From: Tubiluchus corallicola
Taxonomy: Eukaryota > Animalia > Priapulida
Reading direction: 5' to 3'
NCBI GenBank assembly: GCA_030141605.1
Contig: JAQGDQ010000048.1
Location: 186,001-250,000 of the forward strand
Length of the DNA: 64,000 nt
Position numbers and translations under genes: made by a program. Position 1 is the first letter of the stretch; each line of letters starts with the position of its first letter. Below, one piece after another: positions 27,601 through 43,500 of this stretch. Under the pieces are notes generated by a model that saw only the letters and a program-made list of their open reading frames with translations, was not told the origin of the DNA and did no database searches.

Positions 27601-30600
27601 ATACATTAATAGCTTGGCAGAAAATTCCATCAGTTTCACTTTTTTCGTAGAAAACAGTCATTTTATGTTTGTATATCTTCCAAGCACTTAACTAGTAAGG
27701 ACTGATAAAGTTAACTCGGCAAATATGTACAAAACAATAAAAAATTGGAAAATGACAGTGATGTAATGACAGAAAATGAAAGTCTAAAGACAGATAATCC
27801 CGTTACGAAAATTTACAGCAGCTTTATTACCTTATCTACATTAACTGGTTTGCTGCCAGCTGAAGCAGAATGGCAACTCTTTTCCAGTATCACAGGTTGA
27901 CCTGCAGAGCTAGGCATTTCACGTTTCATAGATGCAGAGCGGCTGCACAACCCTTCCCCAGAAACAGATTTGTTAATTATCTGTAACGTAAGTCAAGAAT
28001 TAAGTAAATGATAACTACTCCAAACCACGTAGGTTGGTAAATATAACAGGTAACCTTGAACAAATGGCACAGAATTTTTCTCTCCAGAATGTGGTTTCAG
28101 GTACCCTCAACAAAAAATTGGCCAAATCTAGATTGGTACTTTTGAAACATATATATAAATCCAAGATGGCACCTGCTGGGGCCAAAAAACTGTTATATTT
28201 CTTAAGCAATCGAGCCTAGATGGAAAATATGTATTACTGACTGAAAGGAAAATGCACTAGAGGATTCCAAAGATGTTGTAATTTTTCATTTATGATGTCA
28301 TTATGATCACTGCTTCCTTGTTGTTGAAAATGGGACACTGGCATTGATCTTTCAGTACAGAAATTATGTGGTGTACTTTTTTATCGGTCATTAGGATCAG
28401 TGATTTAGAAGGCGCAATCGACTTTTGGCCCTCACATTCAGTGCCAAACAAATGACGTAAATCAAAATTGATGATATGCGAGATCAATCTATAACTGATA
28501 TTGAATGCTGTTGCAACTACTGATACAGTAGGTGCCACTTAACAGATTCAAAAATGCCTGGTACGGGCCGCTCCTATGCAAGTGTACATAAAAACTGTCG
28601 ATAACTGACTCAAATAACTCCACATATTGACTCAATATTTTTGCTTCACATGCTTCAGTAAGACACTTTCCTGTGACTAATAAGCTCTTATGACTTTTAT
28701 ATCATCTTAGTTCACTTTTGTCCTACAGTATACATAGAAACAATCATGTTAAGTACCATTTTGTTTTTAAGTAGGAACGTTTATCATACTGCTACGATGC
28801 TAGCCTAATGGTTTGCTTTGACCCACCCATCCACTGCAATTAATCTCGTTACCCAAGAATTCCCGAAAGCTAAACATTTAATCACTTGCTCAGCGGTTTG
28901 CTTTTCAAGCTCTGGTTGTGTTTGCCAGAAAGTTTAATCAGTTAGATGTTGCTGTTATGCCTGGGACGCAGGTACAGTACAGTAAGTACGTCACAATTGA
29001 CGTCTAACATAATGTCAATCATTTTCGTTGACTACCCAATCAGTGTGCAAATTATCTCACACACCCCTGCAGCAGGTACGTTCGGGATATTTAGCTACAA
29101 CTCCGTCTAACACTGTTATGAAAAATGCTCAAATTTTCTTTATTTAGTGGGAGAAACATTTGCCTAGTTCTAGATTTTATTATTGTCAATTGAAATTTCA
29201 AGTGATTTAGTGGAAATATATAGTCTAGTTTCGTTTATAGGAAGAAATGCACAATGCTTAAATCTATGAGTTGCTGATTAAACAATTCTGCAATAAAAAA
29301 TACGCAGTTTAGTTTAGTTTATGGTGTTTCAAGTTAGATAAAGACAACTATTTGATTAACTTATAATAAGGACAAAACAAAATGTTTTCTTTTCTGACCA
29401 GTTTTTATAAACCTTAATGCGATCTTCACAGTCAAAATTAATTCAAATGTGGTCAAAACTTATATTATACATCAATGTAATATTAGCTAATTTTATGCTA
29501 TTTTTTTGGTTATAATCAAGGTAACCTGACAAACAGAAAAATACAAAAACTTAATAAATCTTGTGGACGAGCACTTGATCAATTAATATAGAAAAATACA
29601 TCGCAGGCTTGATGTTCCTATGTTTAAAGGCAAGAGAAACAAAATATTTTTGTTGCTCATTCATTGTAAAGCAAGGCTAACTGGCTTAGTTTCTTTATTA
29701 TATTTATGTCTCTGTATTTTGTAGTCCTTTGAAACTTCGTCTCTACATTCTGTTTAAATTGAAAAGTTATTTTTTGGCTACTTGAAGCGTTAATTTCATG
29801 TTAAAATAGCTGCTGCTCTGTAAATTTGTGTTTATGAAAAAGAGCAATCAGTTTATCTGCTGATTAGACATTAGTTGTGACTGTCATGTTGTTTAGTTTA
29901 GTTTAGTTTAGCTTAGACAGTTGTTGTCCTGCGTAAGCTGTTGTCTGGAATGCTACTGAGCGTGTTTACGTTGCAGTGGGGGGGGGGGGGGGGTGTAGGG
30001 GGTAGGGGCAGACCGTTAGACCAATATGTTTGACATCAATTATAGCAAGCGGTAGCTTAGGCGAAACTACAGATGAAGCTACTTGCGGGTAAACACCGGC
30101 ACCACTAACAGTTTAAGCATGCCAAGCACTAAGTATTGTATGGGAATTTGTGCATCATACAACAACAAATTTTAAACGTTTTTAATTATGAGAATTTTGT
30201 GAGCCAACTTCTTCACAATAAAAATGAAAAGCCAACTTTAAAGGAATTTTTGTAATTTTATTGCTAATTCACTTATATAAATTAACATTTTAAAATATTT
30301 TTTCCAATTTTAACTGCGCAAAGGAATTTAGGCATTACTTCATGTCTCATTAAAAAATTACAATGTATAGAAAGCTAGTGACACATACTTCTATACCAGT
30401 AATACTGCACCCATCGGTTAATAAGTTCAGTTGGTTAATTGGGTCAAAACACTTCGGTCCCAAAGTGTGTCTCTTAAGCGGCGCCTACTGTATTAAAAAT
30501 CAATTTTCAGCAACAACAACAACAACGAAGCAGTGATGTTCTTAATTACTTCATAATAGTATTGCAACATCAAAATATAACTGATTTTTGGCACCATGAG

Positions 30601-33600
30601 GTACCATCATCGATTAAGCAACTATCCCCAAAGTACCAATCCTGATTTTAGCCAATTTTTCGCTGATGATGCCTGAATCCACATTCCAACAGAACGTAAA
30701 GAGGAAAATTCTCTTGCAATTTGCTCTAAGTACCCCCTTACTAGGAACTATTTTTACCAGTGGCGACCTGAATCTAAAATTTCTACCTGGAAAACTTGTA
30801 AAAGGCCCCAGTCAAAAGGAAACTACTTAATTTCATAACATAGCGAAAGGAATCAAATAAAAATAAAGGTTTTAGGCAAATAAAATGTTACATCTATTCA
30901 ATATTGTAGTACTTATTTATGTTAATGCGTGCATAATACAAATACTAGAAAATTTTAATAATCTTATAATAAAAACGAAAATCTCAATCATAGAACAACC
31001 AATCCAAGTAATTTACAGAGCATAATTTTAAATCGTTTTCAAAGTGTAATTAAAATTGGAACAAGCGCATTTTTAATATGTATGCACTCGACCATTCCTC
31101 GTTTTTGCAATATATAATTTCATTGCTGATCTTATGTCATATCAATTTGTAACGGGAATGTATATATATATATATATATATATACACGGAATTGAGAGTC
31201 GAATCCCGGTAATAATCGGCTTATTATGATTCTCGGTGATACAATGATTTTTTTATGTTCCTGCCAAGCTTATAATAGAACATAAGTAATCTCGTATGGT
31301 TACTACAAAACTCATTATTACGAAAAGCCCTAATTTGTGCGATGTTTTCTCAAAGTCTTGCCAATATAATTTTAACGTAAACAAACACTGTAATACGATT
31401 TTCAGTCTTTCTCTAAAACGTTTGTACAGTAAGTTGCCTGCCCCGTCTAGACAGTAGACACACTTCACCTTTTACCACGATGACCATGTATACCTACAGT
31501 TTATATTTGGTTTTACCTGGCATACCGTGCACTTGAAGAAACTAATATTGTAACTTGAAATAAAATACAGTAAGATTAGTGATTTGCTAATTCTCTCTTA
31601 TTATCTACCTATCTATTTATTTATTCTCTCCCCATATCTCTCTCTTGCTCTCGCTCTCCCTCTCCTCTCTTTCACTCTTTGTTTATCTAGCATTAAATTA
31701 TCTTCAAATTGTCAGTGTTATTTCTAATGTTTCTGAACTTATTTTTCGTTTAACACTAGCTGTCTTTATTAGTGTATTTAGTTAATAATGATCTACTTCC
31801 AGAAAGAAAGTGAAAATTATGCAATGCTGCCAACCAGCTATCAACCTTATGTATAAGTTGGTGTAACACAGTAGCCAGGTTACGTCAGGCTAGCCACCCA
31901 GCAATAAAATGCTGATAGCTTGGTTTACTAAAGGAAATATCTGGGATGATGAAGGGTTAAATAATTACAGATATGTTCACTGAAATCAAAAGACGACACG
32001 TGTAGGGAATATACCCATGTCAGTTAATTCTTTATTTCTAAAGTGATGGTCCATCACTTTGCGGCCACTGGGCAATTTCCCAGTATCCTGGTGGACCAGT
32101 CTGCCACTGATTTTTACCCATCTAATGGCTCATAAATACATGCAACCAGTGGGTTCAAAGCCTGTAACAGCAACCTAGAAGAACTAAGAAATGACTAGAG
32201 AATAGAAAAAAAATTAAGTTTCATATTTCTGTAAAAAAAGTTAGGCATTTACCACCTCAGCTGGTGCCGTATTTGGCCGTTCCTCTTCTTCACGTTTTTC
32301 TGCCACCAATAAATCACTTGCTGAACGTCTAGTAGGCACAAACGTCTTTCTTTCTGTAACCTCTTCAACCTTCAATTCCCTGAACTGACCACGCACGTAG
32401 CTGGCCATTTCCTTATTTTTCCTGGCTGTTGTCTTGTAACCAAAGTGAGGACTTTTTAGAGTATGAGCCTGGTCACAAAAATATCAAGCAAACTGAGAAA
32501 GTTGATAATGCAAAACTATACTGCATGAGAGATCATTAAAAACCTCCCAATGATGCAAATGTAAAACTTCTGCTGCTAAAGTAATATCCCTCAAAAACTG
32601 TTATAAATAATATTTATTACAATGAGACCTGAAAGGCTAAAACACTATCATATCAAATAGGATTTGAAATACTGATTGTTTTAAATTCTTGATTACCTTT
32701 TATTTGGGCCCTGCTAGTTTAGGTAATTTTAAGGTCCGCCATTTGATGGTTATCGTTTCGCGTCACACAAACTGCCCTCATTTATGTCATTGTGTAAACA
32801 CAATGGCTTACTAATGCAATGCATTGTTGTTGGTAAGTTCTGCTTATTATTTGTGGCACAGCTTTGCTTTATTACATTTTTAAAAAGTGCATTCATCAAA
32901 CGAAAACATTAACAATAATAAAGCAAATGAAAACATTTAGACGTAAATGCAAAGCACTAAGCTAATAAAGAGGTAAAAATCTTAGAGAAAAAACATAAAA
33001 ACTCACATGGTATTCTTTTTTGGAGGGTATATTTTGTTGTACAGGTTTAGCATCACCCCCAGATAAATTAGAGTCATTGCCATCACTAGTCAAACACTCA
33101 TCATTGCCACTTCCACTGTGAGGTGTTTTTATGAGATATTTATTGAGAAATTGTTTATAGTCCAAGTTGCCATAAGCATTGATCGGCTGAATGTACCAAA
33201 ATGTGTTAAACTGCAAAGGAAATTATAGTAACCACTAATTAGTAAGGATAGCACAACATATATAGCAGTAAATACAAGTCTTACCATGTAAACTTTATAA
33301 GATACTACAACAGGGTAAGATTTTCTTAACAATTAAAGAGCAAGTCAAATAAAATAGTAGCATACAATGGTCAGGTGTTCTAGCAGAGTAATCATCATTA
33401 CAATTATAGCACCAATCAGGATTATCTCGTAATAAATTAGTGCACCTAATCATCATAAAAATCTGTATAGTTATTTGACTAGAAAATCACATTCTTATAT
33501 TTTTAAACTTAGAGAAATCTTAGATGTCAACAGAGGCCAAACAGTAATTAAATAGGAATTTAATAATTAGAATATATCACATACAAAAATTTATTAAAAA

Positions 33601-36600
33601 TGCATTTGTTTTTAACTAGTGAAGAAAGTTGTTGCAACTGACTGCAAATGGCATGAAAATTGTGTGAATTTTGCAAGGAAGATGCAGTGCAACCATGACC
33701 ATCTCGCAAAGAAAGCCAGTGCTACCAGAACAAGTTTGTCACACATCACCTGTACGTTAACTGGCTTAATATACTGAAAAACCTTAACATCACTTGGTTA
33801 ACTTACGGCACTAGGCAGCTGCAATACCACATAAAACTTTTTTTGTTACACTTTGTAGACAGAGCTATTCCTCAAAAATAGTTCTCCTGCCAGTCCATCT
33901 CCAAAACGTTTTTTGTGAGTAATCTCAGGAATTCTCATGATCCAAAATGTTCAAAATTGAACAACTATAACTACATATAATAATAAGGTTGTAGTCTTAG
34001 TCAACTCAGCCAGCATACAATTTTATTTTTCACTTTCATTTCATATTTTATCGGTCAATTTATGGTTTATAATCAAACTTGCCTCTCTTTCTTCCTCTCA
34101 ACACACTTATTAGGATTTTTCAATAATCAAATCAAAAGTTGTAACAGTAACTCAAGCTTTTAATTACTACAGAACTAATAGGCAGTGACACTGGTGCATT
34201 TGAGATGCTCGTGACATCATCAAGCATTTTAAACATTCAACTTCCCCTTAGAAAAAGGTTATGAAATCTATGAAATCTACATTTTGACAACCAATTACAT
34301 TTTGCCTTTAGTTTAACATTAATAAGCATGATTTCACCTACTCCACTTTCTGATATAGGACAGTGGTGAAGATGTAATATCTTCTTCAAGTCTGACTTGC
34401 TGACAACTCCAAGTTTAGCATAGTCTGACTTTCTGCACGACTTCATCAAGTTCTTGTAATTTCTGGTCACAAATTTCTTCATCATCTCTTCGCCTTCTAG
34501 ATGAGCTGCAGCCACTACCTAAGTACAGTCATATACAACTCATAATATGATATAACTTAATCTACTTGCCTGTCTGTGTCTATGTCTGACGGCATTCATC
34601 TTGTATCACATTACAAACATCTGTACGACAAAAGTGGTCATTCTTAGGATTGCAAATTGCTACATGTCATCAGTTTCTAGAGAGTGGATTTTACATTTTT
34701 TGGTACAATATATGAGCATTACATCTTTGTTTGAAATCATGACTAAGTTTGCATTTTTTTCAGCACCTTTATTGAGCACTGTTACCTGTTGTGACATGCG
34801 TAGCTGCTGTATTCATTAATTACCAAAAATGATAGCAAACTAAACATGTAGCTCAGTAGCACACTTAAAATGGCAAACCAATTTCCATTGTTCAAACTTA
34901 GACTTGCATTAATATAAATTCAATAAACAGCAGCTCTAATGTCACGCATGGTATCTGCTTAGACCATTCCGCAGTTCCAGAACCAGCTGCCCGGCTGAGC
35001 TGAAAGCGCACGAATCAAAAGTTTGCGACCCTGTTTTACATCAAAGTGATACACGAAAAACTTGTGATGTTCATCTGGGAAAATGAAAGGCAGCATTCTG
35101 GTTACAGTCACTGAAAGTTTTTAATTTTTAATGCTCCAGCAAATGTGCTGTTACAGCCATATTTCTACAGAAAATCAAGACAATTTTCAGATGCTTCACA
35201 AGTTAGCAGTCTCTAGAAGTGGTCCAGGCACTCACAATTCCTGAGACTGTACTGTGATGAATTTACATGTACAGATAGTTCCTGGGACTGCAAATGAAGA
35301 ATTTGGATGTATAGACAGTTCCATGGATACCAAACTTGAAAGACAAGAAAAATGAAAAGTTGAAATACAGCTCGAATTTGAACCAGGGACCTTCTTGGTC
35401 TTATTTGGCAGATGTGTAGAAAACTGGGTGCTAGGCATTGATCAAGGCAGCCACAGTTCAATTTTTGTAGCTGGCCAACCAAATTCAGCATTTCGAATGT
35501 TAGACCATACTACACCATAGAGTCATACTAACTAATTAATTACATCAATTTAGATTTTGATCAACTTTGAGCCTGAAGTCCTGTGGGTTGATTAATTATT
35601 TATTATAATGTATCAGCTGATTATATATAAATTGTATGCCAAAGCACAGGGAATTAATTTTATTGCATCTTCACTAAAAAACTATAATTTCACAGTAAGT
35701 TTCACAGCACGGCAACTGACACTTTTTCATTAATGCCCAGCATACTGATATAACAATCATATCATTGAGTAAAATAACTACTGAGCCTTTTTTCTAATGA
35801 TATGTTAGGCAGTTTCTTGTAGTCCAGTAGTCCGTGTAGTCTGGCAGTCCGGTAAGTATATAACAGTTATACATTTTCTGTAATAATTGGTAAATTGCAA
35901 CCAGAAATGTGCTTCCCCATCCATGTCTACAAAAATTTTTACATTATAGCCTGCTATCAACGAGCAAGAGTTTGTGAAACTGGGCCATGGATTTAGCACA
36001 AGTTACCGAACTATGACTGTGTAATGGCGCAAAATCTCTAATGTTGGATAAAAATGTACAGTGTTCCCTCGCTACTTTGCGGTTGCGTTTATCGCGGACT
36101 CGCTGTTTTGCGGGTTTTCAAAAATATTAATGTAAAATAATTATCACGGTATTTTTGCTGTTTCACGGATTTTTGCAGTACTCTGTCTAAAGTATTTTAG
36201 CACACAAGTAGTACATATTGTACAGTAATGTATAGATTTGATGAATTTTGCATAAAAAATCACAAAATGTATAAAGATATATTAAAAATAATAATTCTAA
36301 TATTAAAAGAATATTATAAATCATAAAAAAATTACTATTTACAGTAAATAGTGTATTTATTCGGCGGATGAATACACACCAAAAACGAAATGTAGTACTT
36401 GTGCCCGCTTGAGATGCTACTTGCCGACGTGAGATTGTACAAAACACACGATTGGTTGATTGATAAGTATAGCGTCCCTACTTTGCGGAAATTCACTTAT
36501 CGCGGGCGGGCCTGGAATGGAACACCCGCGATAAGTGAGGGAACACTGTATATGACAATCGTGAAATGTGCTACCAGTCCCAGAACCCGTATGGATGGGC

Positions 36601-39600
36601 CAAACAAGACAACAAGACCAAAAATTTTACCAACAACCAGTTTTCTCACAAAAATCAAGCACAGCACATTCCTCCGTTGCTGGTAGTATAGATCGTGGGC
36701 TTGTGACATATCTATGTTTAAACGAGTAATTATACTTTTTAATCGAATTATATTCTTTACAGCTCGGGAAACTCAGCATAATGACTATAACTTGCGGTTT
36801 AATACAGAAAATGATACTAAAACATACAACACTTTTAATAAGACTTTCTTATCTTACAACATCCACATGCTTAAATGCGAAGATAAGTTCGCACACAGAA
36901 TTAAATTAAACAATAAATGATAAAGTATTCAAATAAGTATTTAAAAATATGCCAAACCTCTGCTTGTGACTCTTCCAACAACATTTCCTCAATAAAAGTG
37001 CTGTAATCTATGAAGCCTCTTTTTGAACGATCTTTGATTAGAAACAAAAACTGCTCATCTGTAAGTTTAAAATTGAATGTTTCTAAAATGCGGCGAAAAT
37101 CAGTAACTCGCACCCAACCATGCCAACCCTTGTCAAATTCTTTAAATATCTGAAATGCAAAATATTAGTTATGTTATAGACTTGTGGCCAATCACCTACA
37201 CAGTCAGTATGTGATATATATTTAATTATTCCAGGAAACATGTTATTAAGTTCACAAAGAAACATTTTGATGAATACTAGTTATTTTTAACAATAAGCAA
37301 TCCTGCAATCAATGTTTGTTTACCCGTAGAAAGTTTGCAATACTTACAAGTGATACATTCCGTACGTTTCTCTTAAAAAGTTCCTTTAATTTTTCTCTAA
37401 CTTCATATCCGGTCATCTGCTTACTAGCAATGACAGACGCTGGTTTGTCTTCATCCCGTAATGCCAGCAGAGTTTCATAATAGTTTATCTTGCCATCTTT
37501 TACTGGTATGCCCACTCTGCAATATCATAATTGATATTTCTCACAATTAAGTTGTTAAATAGTCTTAACCCTTTTACTACGGAAGGCGGCACACTGTTCC
37601 TTAAGTTTTCTTGCAAGGGACGGAAGGTGGTAGACTGCCGCCCAAGCTTAGCACTAAGCGCAGTTACCCAGGTTTGTTTATTTCACTGCTACGGCCATGG
37701 AAAAACATTGTAGAAAAATTTAACAGTCGAGGGATTGGTGTTGTTTCGTAACAAGTAATGCTAACCAGCCAGTCAGCGTCTGAAGTCAGATGCATTCCAT
37801 AACACTGTACTGTATAATACGTTCTTATGCAAAATTGCTCGTTGATAGTTGGCGAAACGTGCATTTGTTCCGCATTTTAAATAAAATAATTGTGTATTAT
37901 GAATTAGTAATACAACTTTTCTGAAAATTGGCTTCTAAATATAAGAATGTGCTTATTTGTGTCGGTGTGCACATGCAAGCACGCATGAGTGCATATATGT
38001 GTACGCAGATGTGTGTGCATGAGTATAAATAAAACTAATATTCAATATTAGTGTTTAATAACAAATGGTTATTTGTTTGTTTATAAGATTCTGTTTTAGT
38101 AACACACCACAAGTAGTTATTGTCAAATGTGCAAAAGCCAATGCAGCCCTGGTAAAAAGCAACAACGTAGTGCAAGGGTTGTAATTATAAGTAATAAGAG
38201 GGAATTATTTGGACAATCCATGTACAGTTTTAGCTGTGATTACATGTTACAGGCATCTACATATTTCCACACTAAATCAAAAATGTGTATTAAGGGTGAA
38301 AAGGTAAACAGACTTATAAAGTACTTTGGTAGTACATTTCTTACATTTTAAAGATTTTAGGGCTTTCCTAAGACAACAGTTTTAACCAAGCACGCACTTG
38401 TGTCCTACAACGCTCCTAAAAATAGTGGAAAACAATCTTTTTTTGCTAACGCAACTTGTAGCTATACAAAACTAATTTCTGATTGACCCAGAACTGACTG
38501 CATTGCAGCAGGGAATTACTGTAATAAAAACCAACGCAAAGGCTGCTAATAGGGAACAAAAGTGAGCATCAAAATCTATAGAGAAAATCATCCTAGCCAT
38601 CCTTCCCAATATTGGACTGGGTGATAACATTTTGCTAGAGGAATGAAAAAATGAGCAAAAGTGCATAACCATTTATTACGTCAAAGTACTTTGAAACACT
38701 GGGGAAACTATCATGATCTAAAAATCTTCTGTAGAAGCCTCATACAGAGTCTGCCTGTAATGGTGACATGCAGAACTCAAGACTCTCCTTGCAGCATGTT
38801 TTGCAGATCTCTCACAAGCTATATGTTGAATACCATTTGATGTTTTTTAACATATTAGCATCCACTTTGTCTATCAAGACAGCTCCAATATGTTTGGCAG
38901 TGTTGAGATCTGATGAATTTCCAGGAAATCAAAAAATTACTCCAAAAGTTTTCAGGCGACTAATTGGATCATATCCCTGAAGATGCAAGACTGTGAGACA
39001 TGCAAAGCTTTCCCACTAAATTTTCAAAGGTATGATAGGTCCTCAGCACTTATTTCATGTAATAAATTGTTGTGTACTCATTGCTGAATATACATTCTAA
39101 TAACTTCATAACCTAAAAACAAAAGTTAAATTACAAAATGATAGTGTACCTGTCCAAAATGGCATTAAAGTTGTTTGGTGAAAACACGAAACCAAGGTTC
39201 TGTAGTATCCTATGAACACCTTTTATAGACAGCATACCATCATGTGCAAAATCATACCTCTGAAAAGCTGTGTGCACTTCATCAAACCTCGTATGTAAGC
39301 GAGCCCTGCAAAAAATGGAAAATTTTAGTATTTGGTATTTCAAAAGCATTTTCGACAGTATGTATCACTGTTTAGATTGGTAAAACAGGTTACTCATATA
39401 AAAATAATTTTGGCAAGTGCTAGCTTTCTTTTGCTACCACACCTGAGTCTCTTTAGTATTTTGCGTTGCCAGTGGTCCTCAAAACCTTTTGCAACTGGAG
39501 ATGCCGGTTTATCAACAATTGGCTCGTTCACCTGGTTGCTCAAATCTTTCCAGAGATTGCCTTCCAATGCCTTATGTTTCTTGTATGTGTCACCCTAAAC

Positions 39601-40521
39601 ACGTAAATTACAGACAATTTCAGGAAGTTAATCTTAATAACAAAATAACATAATAATCTAGAACAATTTTACCAGTGTTTTTCTTTTTTTGAAACATAGC
39701 AGTTCTTATTTTATTTGGCATATATGAAATTTATATAAAATTTCTCATAATTCTAAAATAACATTTTTTCAAATTTACACAAACAAAAAAGTACAGTAAA
39801 TGTAATACATTATGTCTATTATCTACATTTATAAGTCAAAAATAAAGAAAAACAAAAAGTGTTGATTCAATAAAGCGTACAAAATCAATCATCTAAGTTA
39901 CGAAGCCAATAATTAGCTTCAATATGCAAAAATCTGACAGCATTCTAATGAATGTAAAACATCAATTGGTATGAACACAAATTGCAGATTAACATGCACC
40001 ACATATGCATTATTGTGCCAACATGCAAAATCATGGGAGGCAGTAACTGCAAACTAACCAAAGCAATTCAAACATCAAATAGTATAGAGCAGTCACAAAA
40101 CTGGTTTGAAACAAAGGCACCCATCATTATTCTGCACAGTATGACAATTACGCAAAAAGTATTGACTAATCAAGCTTACCTTGTCATACAATCAAAATCA
40201 CCCAAAATAAAAAAATGAACTCCTTTAGCAAAAGAGTTATCAATACTAATTACTACAACAACAAAGAAATAACTGCATAATGCTTGAGCATAGCAATAGA
40301 AATATACTGTGCAATAAATGTGCAATAACAGAACAAATTAAAAGAAAAAATATTAAATGGCAAAAAAGAAAGGCTTGACATGGCACATGTAAGCTACATA
40401 TGTATCTATCTATATTTATCTATCTATCTATATATATATATATATAGATATAGATATATATATAGATAGATAGATATAGATATAGATATATATAGATGTA
40501 TCTATACAGTAAAGACAGTAA

Positions 40522-40555
<34 letters not shown>

Positions 40556-43500
40556 TAAAGAGTGCTCTATGTATTAGCTAATGCAAAAACTGCATTTTTT
40601 CATTTTCCACTAACCGACTCCCAGGCAAATTCGCGTTGCCCAGGTACCATTTTCATTGTTTCAGGTGGCCAAGGTAATGGGCTATCAACAGTCGAATTGT
40701 CCTAGAATAAACAGCAGCAAATGTTAGCAAAAATTAGTATACGGCATAAGTAATATACAAATTCAGTATATTCACGAAACTTATTTTGCAAAAACATTAT
40801 GTTTTAAATAGACATTCTTAACATCTCGTGTGGCATTGATGTCAGTTGTTTATGAGTTGTTAATAGCAAAAGAACTATGCAAAATCTTCTTGATTCTCAT
40901 ACAGTTAGCTACTTTGTTCTTTATTGTTTATTCTTCATAAACACATTTTGTTTAATAATTCGTTAGCCTTGCAAACTAGGGTCAAGAAACTCACAGGTAG
41001 GGGTGAGCATCAAACGTTTCGAACTCGATTCGAACGCATTTTGTAATTCGAATCCGATTCGAACCTAACATTATAAATTCAAATAATTCAGCACTTTAAC
41101 CACATACATTCTTTTGTCATTAAAACATTTTAAACATCACGCAATTAGCATACTTTAGTAGGTGGTGGTTTTTGGTGCAATTGCTAAACTAATTGCTAGT
41201 GCTTTTATTGCAGAACAAAATCGAGTAATAGGGCCCATCTTTTGTAAAACTGCTTTTTACTGAAGGCACAATAATTTGTTCGAAAATCTTTCCAACTCAA
41301 TTTGAATTTGATTCAAATTCGAAATACTGAAATTTGATTCGAATTCGATTTCTGGTAGAAAATGCTCACCCCTACTTACAGGGTGGGTAGCCCTGGGTGG
41401 AAGAAGGGCAGCAGTGAGGCAAACTCTAGTTGAGATGCCATGGGCAGAAGGCGTTGTTTCATTTTTGTTACTCTGCATCTTCTCCAAGGGCTCTTATTTC
41501 TTTTCAGAATTTTCCCACAGACGTTTAGGTATTATGGGAAAGATGTGCACCTTGTATTTTAAAAAACTGGGACTCCTGAAGCGATGTGGCAACAGGCATC
41601 ATTCTGTTTTTCATTTATCCTGCATCTCCTCTTAGGGCTCTTACTTTTAATTTTTTTCAGAAGTATTTAGGAATCATGGGATAGATAAATCCGTAAATTC
41701 CTTAGCAGTCCAAGATAGGCGCCAAAATGTGACAATCAGGCCAACTAGCATTACATCGCTACTCCTCCTAAGGCTTTCATTTTTCTTCAAACTTTCTTCA
41801 CAAATTAAGCCTGGTAGGGTAGATGAGCAATGTGCACCTGGGGTTATAAAAGGTTGGGATTCCTTAAGGGCCCCAAGATAGCAGCCCAAAGCCAGAAAAC
41901 GGGGGCATGACCAGGTCATGACATGGGCAAAAGTATTAAAACAAGGGAAAATCAAGCAAGTTGGAGTAACGTAACTTGCAGGGCAGGTACCTGAGGTGTC
42001 GCTTCTTTCTTAGGCTCTTTCTCCTAATACAGTTTTTAAGCTACAGCCACAATTTTTGGTAAGTGACTAGATAGGCCCAAGTTTTTATGCATGGTTGAAT
42101 ACGGTTTATTTGGGCAGTGAAAAAATTTTCCTCTAAGGACCAAAAACTCAAAATGAATGGGTTGGCACAGATGTTTTTCCAGTCTTGAAGAATAATGGCT
42201 TATAGTACAATAAATGAATGGTCTCAATGAGACGACTAAACCGAACTGTATAATTAGTACCATGCAAGGAATGTATGGGTGATCTCTGACCTCACTAGGG
42301 GCAAAGGGGGGGTAGAGGAGATAAATGCCTTCCAGTATCAAGTGTCAACCGAAACTAGCTTGCATCAAATCAAATGAAAGGTCTCAATGAGATAAACTGA
42401 ATAATGTAAGTTAGTAGGAGATTGGTTGGCCTATGACACATGAGTCACATTTGAAAAGTTGTTGCAATTTCATTGTGAAAAACAGCATCTAGGTAATCAA
42501 ACAACACAAATTCAATTAAATCAAAATTATAACTTTCAAACACAAGCTGACAGCTAACGTCAGAAACATTGTCAACCAGTTTGCAATTATAATTGCTACA
42601 TTATAATTGCTGAAGATTACTAAGAAAGCATGCATCAAATTAAATAGATTTAATTAAACAGAAAAAACACAGCTTGCAGAGTTTTTTAGTGAATTTATTA
42701 CAAAACAATAACAGCTTTTGAAAGTTTACCATAATAGATTCACATCAAAGATTCATAATAAATGCACATGCGTTACACAGTAAACAACAAATTTCAGTGT
42801 AAAAACAAAACAAATACATGAATAAAACATAATGAGAGACAGAATAATCAGAAAGGTATGTATGAGTTCAAAAAAAATTATAAATGTCAGAAGTTAGAGT
42901 GCTGAAATTAGACATTTAAGAAATAACAGAAATACTCTCTAAAACAGAAATTTAGAATTATGATTTTCTAAATGATAAATTCATGCATTTAATCAAAAGT
43001 AAAATAACGTGGATATTAAGTTTACAACATCCCTCAAGTTTTTTCATACAAACTGTTTCAGTAAAAGAAATTAGGAAATAATTATTTGTAGACAATAAAT
43101 GTGTACATATTTGCTGATAAACACGAGCTGATAATAGATTGGCAGAGGAAATTTCAGTAAACGTAAACAAACACATGCAAATAGTAAAAAGGCTAGAAAA
43201 GACTTATAAAAGTTTTTTAATTAAGTTTGTTTCTGGCTGTATATTGGCCTATGTCTCAGGGGCTGATGGCTGATAAGTACTTTTCTACACACTCGCACTG
43301 CACCGGGGTGAAGTTCTTGACACCTTTCTCAGACAGCATGTGAGCTTTACAGGAATGACTACCCACGGACATTTCGTGTTCTATTTCAGGTGGTATTCTT
43401 TTTCCGCCAGAGGTGGCAGGGGGAGGGGACCCTGGACGAGGAACTTGTTTTTCCCTGGTGGGTGCAATCTTAGCCTAAAAATATATAACAAGCATACAGA

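Noticed and set aside
36560-36711. Possible extra EFCAB6 exon
   Set aside because: No good donor before a stop in the required phase, and the flanking exons already join in frame.
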